Assembly: GCA_013239625.1 (NCBI GenBank)
Contig: MU054400.1
Span: 1,161,146-1,225,145 of the forward strand
Direction: 5' to 3'
Source of the DNA: Lama guanicoe
Lineage: Eukaryota
Length of the DNA: 64,000 nucleotides
Positions 27,296-41,620 of the stretch are shown here, piece after piece; position 1 is the first letter of the stretch, and every line of letters starts with the position of its first letter. Both the position numbers and the translations under genes were made by a program. The notes beneath the pieces were generated by a model. It did no database searches. It was not told where the DNA came from and was given only the letters and a program-made list of their open reading frames with translations.

Positions 27296-30200
27296 CCCCA
27301 GCCTTTTAAAAATGCATTTTTACATTGTTTTTAACACTGTACTCCTAACTATCTTGAAATCTACTTTTTTATTTAATATAAGCATTTTCCTACCCGTTTG
27401 TTATAGCCATTAAAAACAATTCACACTATTATAAATAATGTTTGCTGAATAGATTAATTACCCCAGGCAGATGTGATTACTCTCTCCCAACTCTTACAGT
27501 GTTTTGATTGTAAAACTAATAGGGCATTACAGACTCATATTTTTAATTTTTGTATTTATTGCCAGTCTTGTTCCAGAAATAAGGTGTCTCTGCCTTACAC
27601 TATAGTGTGAATTCTTAAAGAGAAAACAAATATGATCCCACTCAGCCTAGCACTGTGCCAGACAGGTGCGCAACAAGTGTTTGTTGAATGAACAGAACTG
27701 GCTTAGACAGGACAAAGGACAAAAAGGTCTACCATTTCTACTTTTTACCTAATGTAACTAAATTATTAAGAGACTCCATGAAGCCTGCTTATGTGGCTAT
27801 GGAGACGTTTTCTCTCAGTTTCCTAACTCTCTACAAGTCCCATCACCCCAAGTAATAAGACAGCCTCAGGGTCCTTACAACCTAGAAGAGCCTAATACAC
27901 ACAATGTCTTTACCAATGTAACCCTGAGCACTTTCTGTAGGTCAAAGAAACATTTTATATAAGGCTAATCCTATTATTTCAGCAGATAGTTTATGATCAT
28001 ACTACTTTGACGATCTGATTTATCAAGTTCTGTTTTATGTCAAGCACTATGCTTAGGTGTTTTACATAAACTATTTTATTTAGTCTGCTTATACCAGAAT
28101 TATATTTTAAAAACCCTGTTGGAGTGAACCCCTAAAGATAGTGCTTGTTTATTGGTTGTCATTCTAGGTGACAATTTTAATGTAAACTACTTTTAAAATG
28201 TTAATTTTTTCCAGCACTGTTAGCCAGCCTAAAAAAATGTTAATGTTTTATCCAAATTGTGTATTGGGCTTATTTTTCAGTGGGCAAAAAAGGATGGGAG
28301 CAAAGGATCATATTAAGAATACTTTCCTCAACACCTAGAAGCCTATTTAGATAATTAGGGAGGAAAACAAAAAAGTCCAAGGCTGGTGGTTTGTTAACTT
28401 GATAACCTAGACTATAAATTGTAGCAGTTACCCAGATAAAGGTTATATACTACACGTAGCAACAGGCCTCCCTTGGGAAGTAGATGATAGTGGGGAGAAA
28501 TTACACTAAACTAAAACCATTTTTCCCTTTCCACAAATTTATTTAAGTATGTTTGGATTCAAGTTGCCAAAATATCACTGAAGTGAATCTTATTTTATCT
28601 GTTCCCCAAGATTTTTGCTCTAGATTCTCTTAGGCAGGCTTACCAGGATAATGACCCTTTTCTAAACACCTACTCATAAATGCGTATTTTTATTTGATTT
28701 TTTTAACCTACAAAAATTTATTGTCTATTTACAGAAGAAAAGCATGTATATCATTAAACAAAAAATGCTTTTTCTCAAAATGAGAAACATTTTTCTCACA
28801 TTTTTGTTATTAAAAAAATTTTTTTTAAATCAATGTTAGCTGTGTGTTTTATTGCAGGATACTCCTCCATCCTTCTTAGAAACAGTTTGGCTATAATAAA
28901 ATATTGACATGTCAGCTTTATCAGTGGATTTAGAAGACTGCTATTACTAAATAAAGCACTGGTGTAACACATCATAGACATCCAATAAACATAAACCCTT
29001 AAAACTACCACTGTCACCAAATACATTCTTATTCTGAAGGTAGGGAGACAGACTTGAATAGACAGCAAAACATTCACATGGGTTGTTTTTTTTTTCCCCC
29101 AAGATGTCAAATAAGATTTTATTTTAAACATGTTAATAGACACCAAAGAGTTTGGTTAGTAGTAATTAGTACAACAGAAGATTAATGGATTAAGAGGCAA
29201 AAAAATCCAGAATCTAGCTGGGCTCTGCTAAGACCCAGACATGATACACGGTTAAATTATTTAATGTCTCTAAGCCTCAGCTTCCTCAAGTTTAAAACTA
29301 GAATAACACCTTATGCTGCACACCTTAAACTTATGCAACGCTCTATGTCAATTATATCTTAGTAAAACTGGAAGAACTAAAATACTTTCTACAAGTATTT
29401 GCAGTAAAATCCGATATGTTAAAGGATTCTATACAGGTATTGATTACGCAGCAACAGATTCTGTAAAGCACTAAGTACCTGGCAAATGGCAGGCACAGTG
29501 ATCTCCCTATAGCATTTAAAAATATTTCTATTATAAAAAATTTCAAGCATCACAAAAGTAAATACAGCTGTACCATAAATCCTCATGTTACCCACCCATA
29601 GATTCTTTTGTTATCAAAATTTGCCACATTTGCTTCTGTTTGCTGAAGTATTTAAAAACTTAATCCAACATATGTCATTTCACCTCTAAATTCATTTTTA
29701 AATTGGTATTTTCTTATATAAGTAATGCCATTATACCTAATAAAGTTTAAAATAACCCTTTAGTATCTTATATTCAGTCTATAATCTAATTTCCCCAATT
29801 ATCTCAAAAACATCTTTTAAAAATACTTACTCCTAAATTATATATATTTATTTCAGTATCTTTTTACGAAAATATCTTTTGTCAACAACTAGGGCTATGT
29901 GATTATCCGAAGTAGAGTTTGTACATGAAGGCAGGCATAAAAATATTCTTCCTTTTTAATTTCTAATTTTCAGAATTAAGTAGGAGTAGTGCCCTAGATA
30001 TTTTGGATGGCATTCAATGAGTTCTTTTGGGGTTTTGCTTTTATCTGGGGAGAGGAGAGGCAGGTTCAAATTCATTATTAACTCACGGGTTTTTATATAT
30101 TTCATGTGTTCCAATCCACTGCCTTAGTCTTTGATAGCTTCACATTGTATATTTCCTGGCCAAAACCTAAAATCGGCTTTCCTCCGAGAAACATGTCTCT

Positions 30201-31064
30201 GTTTTAGAAGTAGCTGCACTTCGTACCACATCCAGCTAAAGGTTATGCATTCCCAGCAAGTGTTAAAGAGAGAGGGCCTGGGCATTAGGAAAAGAGGAGA
30301 AAGAATGAGCACAGCCACACTGGTCCTTCTTTTCCTTTTAGAGATCAGTAACAACTCAATACAGCCACAAGTAGCTAACCCAGAATAGTCACTACTCACT
30401 TTACATTTGAGTTACTGAATATTCTTTCTATGTAAATTTCTAATTTATGTCAACTCCAAACAGTTAGTTGTGGCTTCTGGAAGACTTTATTATGAAGGAC
30501 TTTGAGGCATTTATAACCATTAATAAAATAACGGATGAGAATTGGGGGGCTGGGGAGGGCAAGTCATTTCCATTTTATTTTTGTGGTCCTCTTTATATAT
30601 TGGAGTTAAGAATTTACACCTTTGTCACATTGTGACTATAAGGATGTCAACGGAGTTTCTCAACATAAAGGTGATAGGATATAATAACCACTAAGAAGCA
30701 GAATAACCGAACAATGGAATATAGATAAATTATTTTAGTAAATTAAGTATTTCAAATATTTTAAGAAATTTGTCTGATTTCAAATGTCCTCTACTACTAC
30801 TAGTTCATAAAGATTCAGATAAAAATGACAAGTGGTAAAGAAAGAGTTAGAGGTCAAGGTTGATGACTGTTGATTTTGTTTAGTGTTTGAGTATTCCTAT
30901 TACTTTAGCTATAACTTTATTGGGTAACCTACAGCAAAAAGGGCAAATACATAGCCTACAAAAACACAACACAAATACCTATCTGTATACCTCCTATGCC
31001 CATGGTAAACAGTCCAAATCTGTTTCAATGTTCTTTCTTATTAATCCCTGAAACAGCTTAATCC

Positions 31065-31375
31065 CCTTTTGGGTTTGTGTGCATGACAGCGTCCAATTCT
31101 ACGAGTTCTGACAGTTGTATATACCTATGAAACCACTACCACAATTAAAATACAGAGTACTTTAATCGACCTCAAAAGAGTCCTCATGCCTCTTTGCATT
31201 CCTTCCTCTGCCACTGGCCTAGGCAATCACTGATCTGTATGATGTTTCTATCATCATATATAAGTTTGCTTTCCCAAAAGTTTATGTAAATGAAATTATA
31301 CAATATATTCTCTTTTGCATCTAATTTCTTTCAGTTAGCATAATGATTATGAAATTTATTCATAATGCACATATC
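31065..31375 (-). mobile_element. L1 3'UTR fragment (L1MB-like); similar pieces near 32610-32870, 33360-33515 and 35820-35950
   Basis: gagttctgacagttgtatatacctatgaaaccactaccacaattaaaatacag...ggcaatcactgatctg. Confidence 0.65.
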
Positions 31376-34300
31376 ACTTCCTCATTTTACTTGGGAGGAG
31401 GAAGACTGGAATCAATCAGTGAGCTGCCCAAGGTAACACAGATCTCAAGTGACAGTTCTAAGATTGGAACGTAGGTCTTCTCACGGCTAGTCCAATTTTT
31501 TTTGCACTATTCCAAGCTGCCTCCTTCAAAAGTAGTTGCAAAGACAGCTCATTGCCAGCCTCCCCCAAAGGCCCACTATCTACCCTGCTCAACAGAGTGG
31601 TTGCCTCCTGCAGATCTGTGCTGCAGCATGGAATCTCTCTCAGTGGCCACCACCAGGAAAATGCCCTGCAAATCAGCAAAATCCAACGGAGGCCAGATGG
31701 GCAGGTTTTTACATCTAAGGCCCACACACATTCAATGCCACAGAATGCAGAGTTCTTCTCTATGTCAAACCCAGAGACTGCTAGGTCTCAGCTGTTGGGA
31801 TAACAATCAGAAATAGAGTCTTGGAAGAAATCCAGTTGGCAGAAATTCAAACTTGCTTATCCTGGTGGCAGAGAAAATAAACTGGAAGGGGAATACATGC
31901 AACTTTATACACAATTAAGGAAGTTTATTCACATTCCAGGATGTGGATAAGATCCAACTATTTAACATGTTCCCTCAAACTTTCCATTCACCTACCTCAA
32001 CTATGTAACACTACCCACCTAAACTGCCTGAAACTGCATTTGGAATCAGATAACTCAGATAATTCAGTCACTCAGCTGTGTAATCGTGGGCAAAGTCACT
32101 TAGTTCTCTGAGTTTCATTTCCCCCTCTCAAAGATGTGATATTTATGTAAATCTAATTTGAAAAATTGTAAAGTATTCCATAAGGATGGAGCCATGATCT
32201 CTTATTCAGCACTGGATTACTGTACCTGGTAGGTAGGAAGTGCTGACTTATTAGAAACAAATAGACACATCATATGAAAGACTTTTAACACTATTAAAAG
32301 ATGGTTTCTATTATTTGATTGATGAAAAGCTGAGTATGTAACAGAATCAAAAGGTAAAGGATCAGAGATACTGAAGTAGATGATTATACTTGCAAAATAT
32401 ACTAATTCACTAATAGTAACACTGTAGGCTTCTACTGTTTCATCGGTGACAATTGTACAAGTACTTTTCTTTCATTGGCATAAATAGTTGACATAAATGC
32501 CTGATTACCATATATAATGTTGAGACATTAGATGATGCTATATATCAAAAGACCAATACTTGTTACAAGTAAGTCGTGTGTGTGGTCATTTTAATTGATT
32601 TTCTTTTGATCAACCTTATTGAGGTATAATTTGTGTATAACAAACAAGACTTATTTTAAATGTACAGTTCCATGAGTTCTGACAAATACAATACCCGTGT
32701 AACCACCCTAGCAATCAAAATATAATCAAGACAGTCCCATCAAAAAAGTTCCTAATGCCCCTTGCAGTCAGTCCTCTCCACCACCCGATAATCACTGACT
32801 TGCTTTCTGACAGTATAGATGAGTTGTATTTTCTAGAATTTGTCGTAAAATAAAATCATACAGTGTCATTGGTTATTTTAAATCTATCTAACACATAGAG
32901 ACTGAAGATTTTGTGTGACTTTCCTCTCTCAGGCCTTTAGAAAAAAGTTAAAATGATCATACTATTTTTCATAGATCTTTTTTTCACTAACCTAAATGAC
33001 GTCTGCTAATAAGGAAGAAATTTCTTAAATCAGTCTAATTTTTTAAAGTCAAACTGAGAAAAACAAGTAGTGAGACAAATTTGAAGAAAATATCATAATC
33101 TACTGTTGCTTGCTTGTATAATTGTCAAGATTATTCAATATTTCTAATAAAAGTTTTTTATCACTATAAAATAGTAGAAAATCTAAATCTAAGGTCTATA
33201 TATTTTCTGCCAAGCAGAAAAACTGAGGAAAAATGGCCCAAGTTCTAATGCATCCAAGTTATTTTTAGTTTCTCAAATTCATGTAACATCCCAAGTACTT
33301 CAATTATCAAAGAGGAAAAGGCAAAAAAGATCAATAAATCCCTCTAGAACATCATTAAATTTTAACTTTATCGAGATATAATTCACATACCATAAAACTC
33401 ACCCATTTAAAGTATACAATTCAATAGTTTTTAGTATATTCAGAGTTGTGCAACAATCACCATAATCCAATTTTAGAACATTTTTATCACTTCAAAAAGA
33501 AATCTTGTACCATTAAATTTTAGATGTTACACTAGCATCTAAAAGAGAAAAGCTCTTTCCCTAAAACATTCACTTCTATAATTATCAAAAATAAAATTAA
33601 CCATGGAAGAAATTGAGAAAATGTATTGAAATTTTCTGTGGAAATTTGAGCTGTGGTTAAGAGTTGTCAAGAATGCACACACACACACACACAAGTGCAC
33701 AGGCTGAATTACTTTTTAGACTCCTAGCACAGAATGAAAATCTCAAGAGCTTTAGTTGCATACATTAGAAGGGCATACCAAACATGTTCTAGGTGGGTAT
33801 GATGGCCTTAGTTTTTAAAAAGTAATTCAATATAAGCCTAATAATGCATAAACCAAAGCCTATTTCATTTTATTAAGAATCTTAGGAACCCTACCCTTAC
33901 TTATTTTAAATAAAATAAACTGCCTGTTTAAAAAAAGAAAAGTTTGACTGACTGATATATGGACTTCATAATATCAAATAATTTTTTTGTCATTTATATA
34001 ATGTTAACTAAACAATTCCTCTTTGAAGATGTATTAGTTATTATTACAAAGAATACAGTAAAGAGGAAAGTAAAATGTAGCTTTGGTAACTTTTACAGTA
34101 GAAAAACAGTTGAAAACATTTGTATGTCACAGCCTTTTAAAAGAAAAATATTGTTATTATACAAATAATTCATATTTCCAAGTTTAAAAAACTCCTTTCA
34201 AGTTCAACAGTAAGATTTCAAAATATTTATGCTGAGCAACCCCTGAAACTAAAAGTTCATAAATGCCAAAAATAACCAGACCGTTTATGAGGTAATTAAA

Positions 34301-34650
34301 AAAAAAAACCATATAGTAAACAGAGCTTAAATGTAATCCTAGATTGAACCTGACAAATACAATTTACAAAGTTCTTTAAATGGCCATTAAATTTTTAAAT
34401 AAGTATTTCTGCATGGAAAAGCTTTAAAAGGGCACTTTTAGCAAGTTACATTTATGAAATGTAAAAGGGTAATATCTACTTCTAAACATGATTCTATTAT
34501 GTTACAGAAGAAGTTTTAATAAAATTGTAGATAACATATGGTTCTATAGAAAGAAATAAGAGGCAGTGAGGTAATCTTCACCAAGGGAAAAAGGGTGTGT
34601 AAGATGAGAATACAGTAAGTTAGAGAAGGCAGAGAGAGAAACCTTCAGAG

Positions 34651-35735
34651 TAAAGGATCACCTACGGAATGGGAGAAAATATTTGCAAAAGATGAAACTG
34701 ACAAAGATTTGATCCCCAGAATATGTAAGCAGCTCATATGACTTAAAAAGAAAAAAACAAACCCAATCCAAAAATGGGCAGAAAACCTAAACAAGCAATT
34801 CTCCAATGAAGACATACAAATGATCCAATAGGCACACGAAAAAATGCTCAACATCACTAATTATCAAAGAAATGCAAATCAAAACTACAATTAAGTATCA
34901 CCTCACACCAGTCAGAATGGCCCTCATTCAAAAGTCCACAAATGATAAATGCTGGAGAGGCTGTGGAGAAAAGGCAACCCTCCTACACTGCTGGTGGGAA
35001 AGCAGTTTTGTGCAGCCACTGTGTAAAACAGTATGAAGATTCCTCAAAAGACTAGGAATAGACTTACCATACGACCCAGGAATCCCACTCCTGCGCATAC
35101 ATCCACAAGGAACCCTAATTCAAAAAGACACCAACACCCCAATGATCATAGCAGCACTATTTACAAAAGCCAAGTCATGGAAACAGCCTAAATGTCCATC
35201 AACAGATGACTGGATAAAGAAGTTGTGGTATATTTATTCAATGGAATACTATTCAGCCATAAAATGACACCATAACGCAATTTGCAGCAACATGGATGTC
35301 CCTGGAGAATGTCATTCTAAGTGAAGCCAGAGAGAGAAAGAAAAATACCATATGATATCACTTATATGTAGAATCTTAAAAAAAAAAAAAAGAAGAAGAA
35401 GAGAAGTAAACTTAAATATAAAACAGAAAAGACTCATAGACATAGAATACAAACTTATGGTTGCCAATGGGGAGGGGTGTGGGAAGGGACAGACTGGGAG
35501 TTTGAAATTGGTAGATACTGACAGGTATATATAGAATAGATAAACAAGTTTATACTGTATAGCACAGGGAAATATATACAAGATCTTGTGGTAGCTCATG
35601 GTGAAAAAGAATGTGAAAATAAATATACATACATTCATGTATGACTGAAAAATTGTGCTGTACAATAGAAATTGACACAACATTGTAAACTGAATGTAAC
35701 TCAGTAAAATAAAAAAAAATAAATTAAAAAACAAA
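34651..35735 (+). mobile_element. Relatively young 5'-truncated L1 (ORF2 3' end, 3'UTR, A-rich tail)
   Basis: gaatgggagaaaatatttgc, aatgcaaatcaaaactacaa...cacctcacaccagtcagaatgg, terminal A-rich tail. Confidence 0.92.
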
Positions 35736-36995
35736 TATTATGATTAAAATAGCTTCTCATTGCCAAGAAATATTTCTTCATGAGTTCCCCTACTGTGACA
35801 ATGACCACCTTAAAAATATATTTATATAGCAACTTTATTGAGATATAACTCACATACCATTACAATTCACCCATTTAAAGTGAATTCATTGACTTTTAGT
35901 ATGTTCACATTCTATACCCCTAAACTCATCCAGTCCTCGGCAACCACTAATAATGACCACTTTTTAACAAAGTAACCAAGCCCATTGTACCATTAGTAAG
36001 GATACAACACAAACCCAACATTCTTCATCAGTTTGTATTAAGATGTTTCTGTACCCCATTTTAGGCAAAAGATCTCTAATTAAGAACACAAGAAATTCAA
36101 TATTATCAGTGGGAAATTAAAAGGTAGATAATATAGTATACACTTTTCCTCCAACAAGAGAATTAAGTTATTTTAAACTCTAGGGATTATTCTATCTATA
36201 GACCACTGGTCTTAAAAGAACACAAGTGATACTAGACAACTGCTTAAAATAACAGCTGCAAAGGAGTGAGAATATATGATACCTAATGTAATTCTTAAGG
36301 TTAGGTGTGAATTTTGGGATACCAATCATGTGAATTATACCTGAAAGTAGTTTTTGAAAGACTGCTTCTTTTTGTAACTGAAAAAAAAGTTTCAAGTTTA
36401 TTTCAATTCTTTGAGATTATTAAATTTCTAGGTTTGGTGCAAAGCATGGGAGCAATCACCTAAAAATAAACATTACAAAATCATTGAACCTAGTGATCTT
36501 AAAACAGTACAAGCAGTCCTCTCTCTAAATACAGAGGTTTAATTTTGAAAGAATTCCTAGGAACAGGTGTTAACCAACATTGGGTTTAAACTCAGTGTTC
36601 TATTTTTCAACTCTTAGTCTAATCCAATTGCAGAAGTTGTCATTTGCAGATTTTTGAGGGCCATTTTGCCATTATAAAATTCTTTCAACAAAATATATCT
36701 CCTGTGTTTAATTGGAAAAATAACTATTATGATCAGTTTTTATAAATTACTAAGATGATAAAGATTCTTTTACTCAGGGTTACATTCTTTTGGGAACCGT
36801 TGCCACAATGACACTGAGAATTATTTCTAAAGAACTGATGCTGAGAAAGCAAAGAATAATTAAAACACTGAGATCTAAATTATTAATATGTAATTAATTA
36901 TGCTACCTGATTAATCTTCTAAGACTTTTTGTGAAAGATGACATTTATCATTACCTCCCTTGATACAAATGAAGAAATCAAGGCATAGGTAATTT

Positions 36996-37062
36996 TATTT
37001 ATTTATTTAAATGGAGGTACTGGAGATTGAACCCACACTATCCCTGAGCTATATCCTATCCC
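36996..37062 (-). mobile_element. Internally deleted vic-1-like SINE
   Basis: Retains atagctcag head and gggttcaatctccagtacctcc. TSD-like cataggtaattt (36984) / catagataattt (37069). Confidence 0.7.
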
Positions 37063-37519
37063 ATCAGACATAGATAATTTATTAAAAACAACCATATGAA
37101 TTTGTTCCAAAAAGTGATCAGTTATCTATAATGTTGACTACACAATTCCATACCACTAGTTTTTAACCAATTAAGTCTCTACATAAGCAGCTAACCAAAA
37201 GACTGCAATAGACATAGTACTGCTCCTCATTGCTGGTGAAATCTCAGCTAGTCTTTTTGGCCTTGATATTGTGCAATATTATTAACTGGGTACTTTCAGA
37301 ATTTCATTATAACTTTAGTTCACCTCACAATAAAACTCAGTCTTATGGATCTCTTGCAGCAAAAAACACTCAGGTTATCACTATCAAAATGTTCCCATGA
37401 TTGAGCATCTGAACTACTTGCAATAACCAAACTCATTAACTCCGCACAAAACCTGCCCCCCTATCTTTCTGTTCCTTGTTGGGGGAGGGTAGGGGTGAGT
37501 GACAATACCAACTATCTAG

Positions 37520-38375
37520 TCACTCAGAGTTAAACTGGGAAGCATTCTAGACTTGTTCCTCTCCTTTAATCCCAAATCTAATCAACAGGTCCAGCCAATT
37601 TAATCTCCTAAATATTTGTCAAATTTCCCTCTGCTATCATTTCTACCACCACAGCCTTGGTGGTTTAGGCCCAGATCTTTCACCTAGATCCTCCTAGATC
37701 ATTTCACGTCTCTCCCTGACTCTAGTTTTGCTCCCCCAAACCATCCTCCACACTACAGAACCAGATCATTATTTTTGAAAGCACAGTTATGACCATGCTG
37801 CTCCCTTATTTAAAACCCTTCCGTAGCATCCTGCCATCTATCTAAAGGACAAACTCCAAGCTCCTTAACATGTCTTACAAAATTTTCTATAGTCTAGCCC
37901 ATTCCTGTCTGTCTCTCTAGTTTAGTCAACTTCTTAAGACTGTTTTCTCTGTGCATTTATTCACATTGTGCTCTTAAATGGTCTCCTTCCATTCTCATCA
38001 AAGCTTTCTTTACCTGTTTACCTTTTACTCATTGATTAAAACACAAATGAGGTCTTTTCTGATCTCCCCAAATATAGTTAGATGTCCATTCTTTGTTTCT
38101 GTCATACCTTTTTCATACATCTATCATTGCAAGACACAAATGAGGTCTTTTCTGATCTCCCCAAATATAGTTACATGTCCCTTCTATGTTTCTATCATAC
38201 CTTTTTCATATATCTATCATTGCAGTTACATTCTGTAATAATTATCTATGATTATGTCTATTTCCTTCACTAGAATGTGATCTTGTGGTCCAGGAATGTG
38301 TCTTATTAATTTTTTTCATCCCCAGTATCTAAAACTGTCTGAGAATAAACATTCAATAATTACTTAATGAATAAA
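37520..38375 (+). mobile_element. L2 relic containing a 93-bp tandem duplication
   Basis: Pyrimidine-rich L2 body with 3' tail actagaatgtga...attcaataattacttaatgaataaa. Confidence 0.6.
38041..38224 (+). repeat. Two-copy tandem repeat, 93-bp period
   Basis: 38041-38131 versus 38134-38224, 5 mismatches. Confidence 0.95.
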
Positions 38376-38599
38376 TATCTTTACGTTATTTTTAAAACTA
38401 TACAAAAGCATTTCATGTCATTTGCAGTAATAAGTGGCAGAAACTTTTGTATCACAGTAGTTTGATTATTCAGGAAAACTATGGCAAAGTTGGTGGTGCC
38501 CTGACTCACTGTTCCTGGGCAAGAAAGTGAAAGAAGTTTCTATTACTCAAATGAATTTCTATGGACACAGCCACAGTCACAGTTACAACAAAAACCTTT

Positions 38600-39250
38600 C
38601 ATCCAGTCATTCAAGAAATAATTTGAGGCCTTTTTATGAGCTAGGCCCTATTCAAGACATTGAGGATGTCACTACCTTCAAGGTGCTATTATTCCAGTGA
38701 AAGGAGATAATCAATAATCAAATAAGCAAGATAGTTTCAGATAGTGATCAAGTGCTATGAAAAAAATAAAGCAGAATGAAGGTTTCTACTTCAAATTGGA
38801 TGATCAGAGAAGGCCACATTCAGCAGGGACTATTTGAGGTGAAATCAAATAATGTGAAGGAGTCATTCATGTAAAGATCAGGAGGAAGAGCACTCCAGAC
38901 AAGCATACTGCCCCTAAGTGGCCCTTAACTATGACATGAGCAAGCAATCAAGAGAAGACCAGTTTGGCCCTAGCACAGCAGAAGAGAGGGAGAGTAGTAC
39001 GAGATGACAATAGAAAGGTAGGGGACAGATTATGTATGGTTCACTGGGCCACGCAAAGGTGTCTGGATTTCAATTTAAAGTGAAGCAGGAAGTCATTGGA
39101 GGATGTTAAGTGGGGAAAGGACATGATCTTTAAAGATCACTCTGCCAGTTCTGTGGGGAATGGATTGCAGGGAGTGGGCAAAATTGGGAGGGAGATCATT
39201 TAGGAAGCTACTGCAGTTAAACAGACAAAAAATAATAGTGATTTGGAAAA
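38600..39250 (-). mobile_element. L2 relic
   Basis: Purine-rich tcagagaaggcc...gaagtcattggaggatgttaag...tttaaagatcactctg pattern. Confidence 0.6.
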
Positions 39251-39339
39251 GATGTTTGCTTTTGTGAGGATTAATTGGGATAATGAAATAAAGTGCTAAA
39301 TTCAGTGTCTAATACATAGGCACTCAAAAAATAAAATGG

Positions 39340-39560
39340 TGTGAGATAACAGAAGATATATATTGGTCTCTGCCCCAAGTTCCTAGCACAGAGCTCCTAA
39401 AATCCTTAGAATTTTCCAAGTGATGAGAGCACTAGGATTATCTCTTGTTCTAATGAGGAGACTCTGGATGGGCTCCTGGGTGGGGGCTGATCACCAGAAA
39501 GACCAAGATTAAAAAAGAAGCTTAGAATATTCAGCCCACTTCCCATTTTCCAGAGAGTGG
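39340..39560 (+). mobile_element. MER21-like ERVL LTR 5' fragment
   Basis: atatatattggtctctgccccaagttcctagcacagagctcctaaaatcctt...ggggctgatcaccagaaagaccaag. Confidence 0.7.
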
Positions 39561-41466
39561 AGAGAGGCAAGCAATGGAATTGCTTGGTAGGGGGAAAAAA
39601 AAAACCCACATTTGGTTTCTCCCTACACAGGAAAAAGACATACTGGTTGAAAACAATTTTTCCAATTAAATGGTATCTATTACTACTAGTTTATGCCTAT
39701 GGAAAAATCTTCTTGTTTATAGGATATGAACATCAAGATCCCTGAGACAATAACTTGGGAAGTTACTGACCACCTGTGGTTAATGACCACAACTCTCAAA
39801 GTGTAAGAAGGAAAACCGTTACTCATTTAACAAAATTTGTTGAGGACCTACTCCGAACAAATTATGAACAGGTGTGCTGAGCCAGCACAGGAAACTGGAT
39901 TAATAGATAATTAATCTGAAGGGATCTGAGAAGAGTAGTTCAATCCCTCATTTTACAAACAGCAAAACTGTGGCCCAGAGAAAGAAACTGCTGTTCCTCC
40001 TAAACTGGAAGATGTGAGAATCATGCCCTAGTTTCCCCAACGACAAACTATGACTAGGTAAGATTTTCATTAACAAAATAAGCCAAATGTTTTTAATGAA
40101 ATGCTAGGTGGGCAGCACGTTAATGCACTATGCCAAGAAAAATGTAATATTTATATAAACCCTTTAATAACAGTGCTTTGCACAGGGTAAGTGCACAATA
40201 AATGGTAGCTGTTACTTTCAGCTGTATGGTGTTTGGAAGGCTGAGTGCAGGACGTCTACCTGGCATCAACTGCTTGACTAAATTGATAGTAGAGCCACAG
40301 GACTTCTAAATGAACCCTTCCATTTTCCAGGTGGAAACAGTGAAATCTAAAAGGGCCAAATGACTTGCAAAGCCAGCCACAGTCAGTGAATTAGAGCCAA
40401 GACCAGACCCTGGATCCTCAGTCTAGTTTCCAATACATGTCATAGATCTGCAGTTTAGCTATAATGTAGGTGTTCAAACTTTTATAAGAAGGTAATGAGA
40501 ACAGAGCTGCTACACCTGACTTTTTTCAATCCTTTTATTAAAGTCATTATTGAGCTGTAATTTTGATATAAGAATCAACAATGTATATTGGGAATATACA
40601 GTCATGAGTTAACAACGAAACAAGTCTTGGTTGCAATTCTATTACGGACACCTGATGAACGGATAGGCTACCAGAGCAGCTGTTCTATGGGCTGAAGTAG
40701 AGATTATAAGCAGAATACAAATACAACGGAGAAAAGGATTTAAAACGTTCTCCGAAACACGCTTAAAATGTGACAACAGGTGTGCATCACTAAGAAACTG
40801 AGATCAGCTCTTTTGGTTTACAGCAACAACTGGTTTGGTTTAAGCAAAGACTAATAGGGAGTCTAATAAAAGCATTGGGAGACCAAGACTAAAAGCCATA
40901 AGGCGGGAACAGTGGTAGCAAGCAATTCAAAAGTTTTCCCTTTCACAAAGAGTGGAAAGGCCAACCGTGAACTTTCAGGTCCTTTTGCTTATTGAGATTA
41001 GGATGCCCTCCCCCTACTCTCATAAAAATAAAAAACTCTGTATGGAAGGAAAAACGGGGCCAATCTGTGGTGAATTAAATTAAACTCAACAAATATTTCC
41101 TGAAAAGTCTACTGTGTGTTAACCGCTGCGAAAGACGCTTGCCTTGCCTCAAAGACCTCAGAATTACATGGGAGAAAGGAGGAGAATGGGGTTCACGGAA
41201 GCACACAAATAACCAAGTCGGAATAGGAGCGCTTTAAGAGAGGTTCCAGTTAGGGGCTCTGGGTTCAAAGGCAAGAGGACTTCGAGACGCCGAAAAGGTT
41301 CCATGGGAGAAGTGGGGAAGAAGGGTAGGAGAGTGGGTGAGCCTTCGGACAACCCGGAGAGGCCAACTCCCGGTTCCCTCACAACCGCCCGCGTCCTCAC
41401 GCGCTCGGCCGGCGCCAAGGCTCGGGACCAGGCCACCCCATCCCGGTTCTGCCCAGCCCTTCTCAC

Positions 41467-41620
41467 CTCGGACACTCTCAAATTCTCCCTCCGTCAACCC
41501 TGTCTGAGGACAGGAGAAGACAACGCCGACAGGAGAGAGCCCCAAGGCGGGCGACCGAAGCGTTCTGTCAGTTCCGAGCTTGAGTTTGCGGCCAGGCCGC
41601 ATCCCCGTGGCAACGCCACC
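41467..41620 (-). other. KIF24: Putative non-coding exon 1 of KIF24 (TSS approximate)
   Basis: Inside the CpG island, downstream of the minus-strand CDE/CHR. Donor CCGAG|GTGAGA after 41467. The first coding exon has an acceptor, so an upstream exon must exist. Confidence 0.55.
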
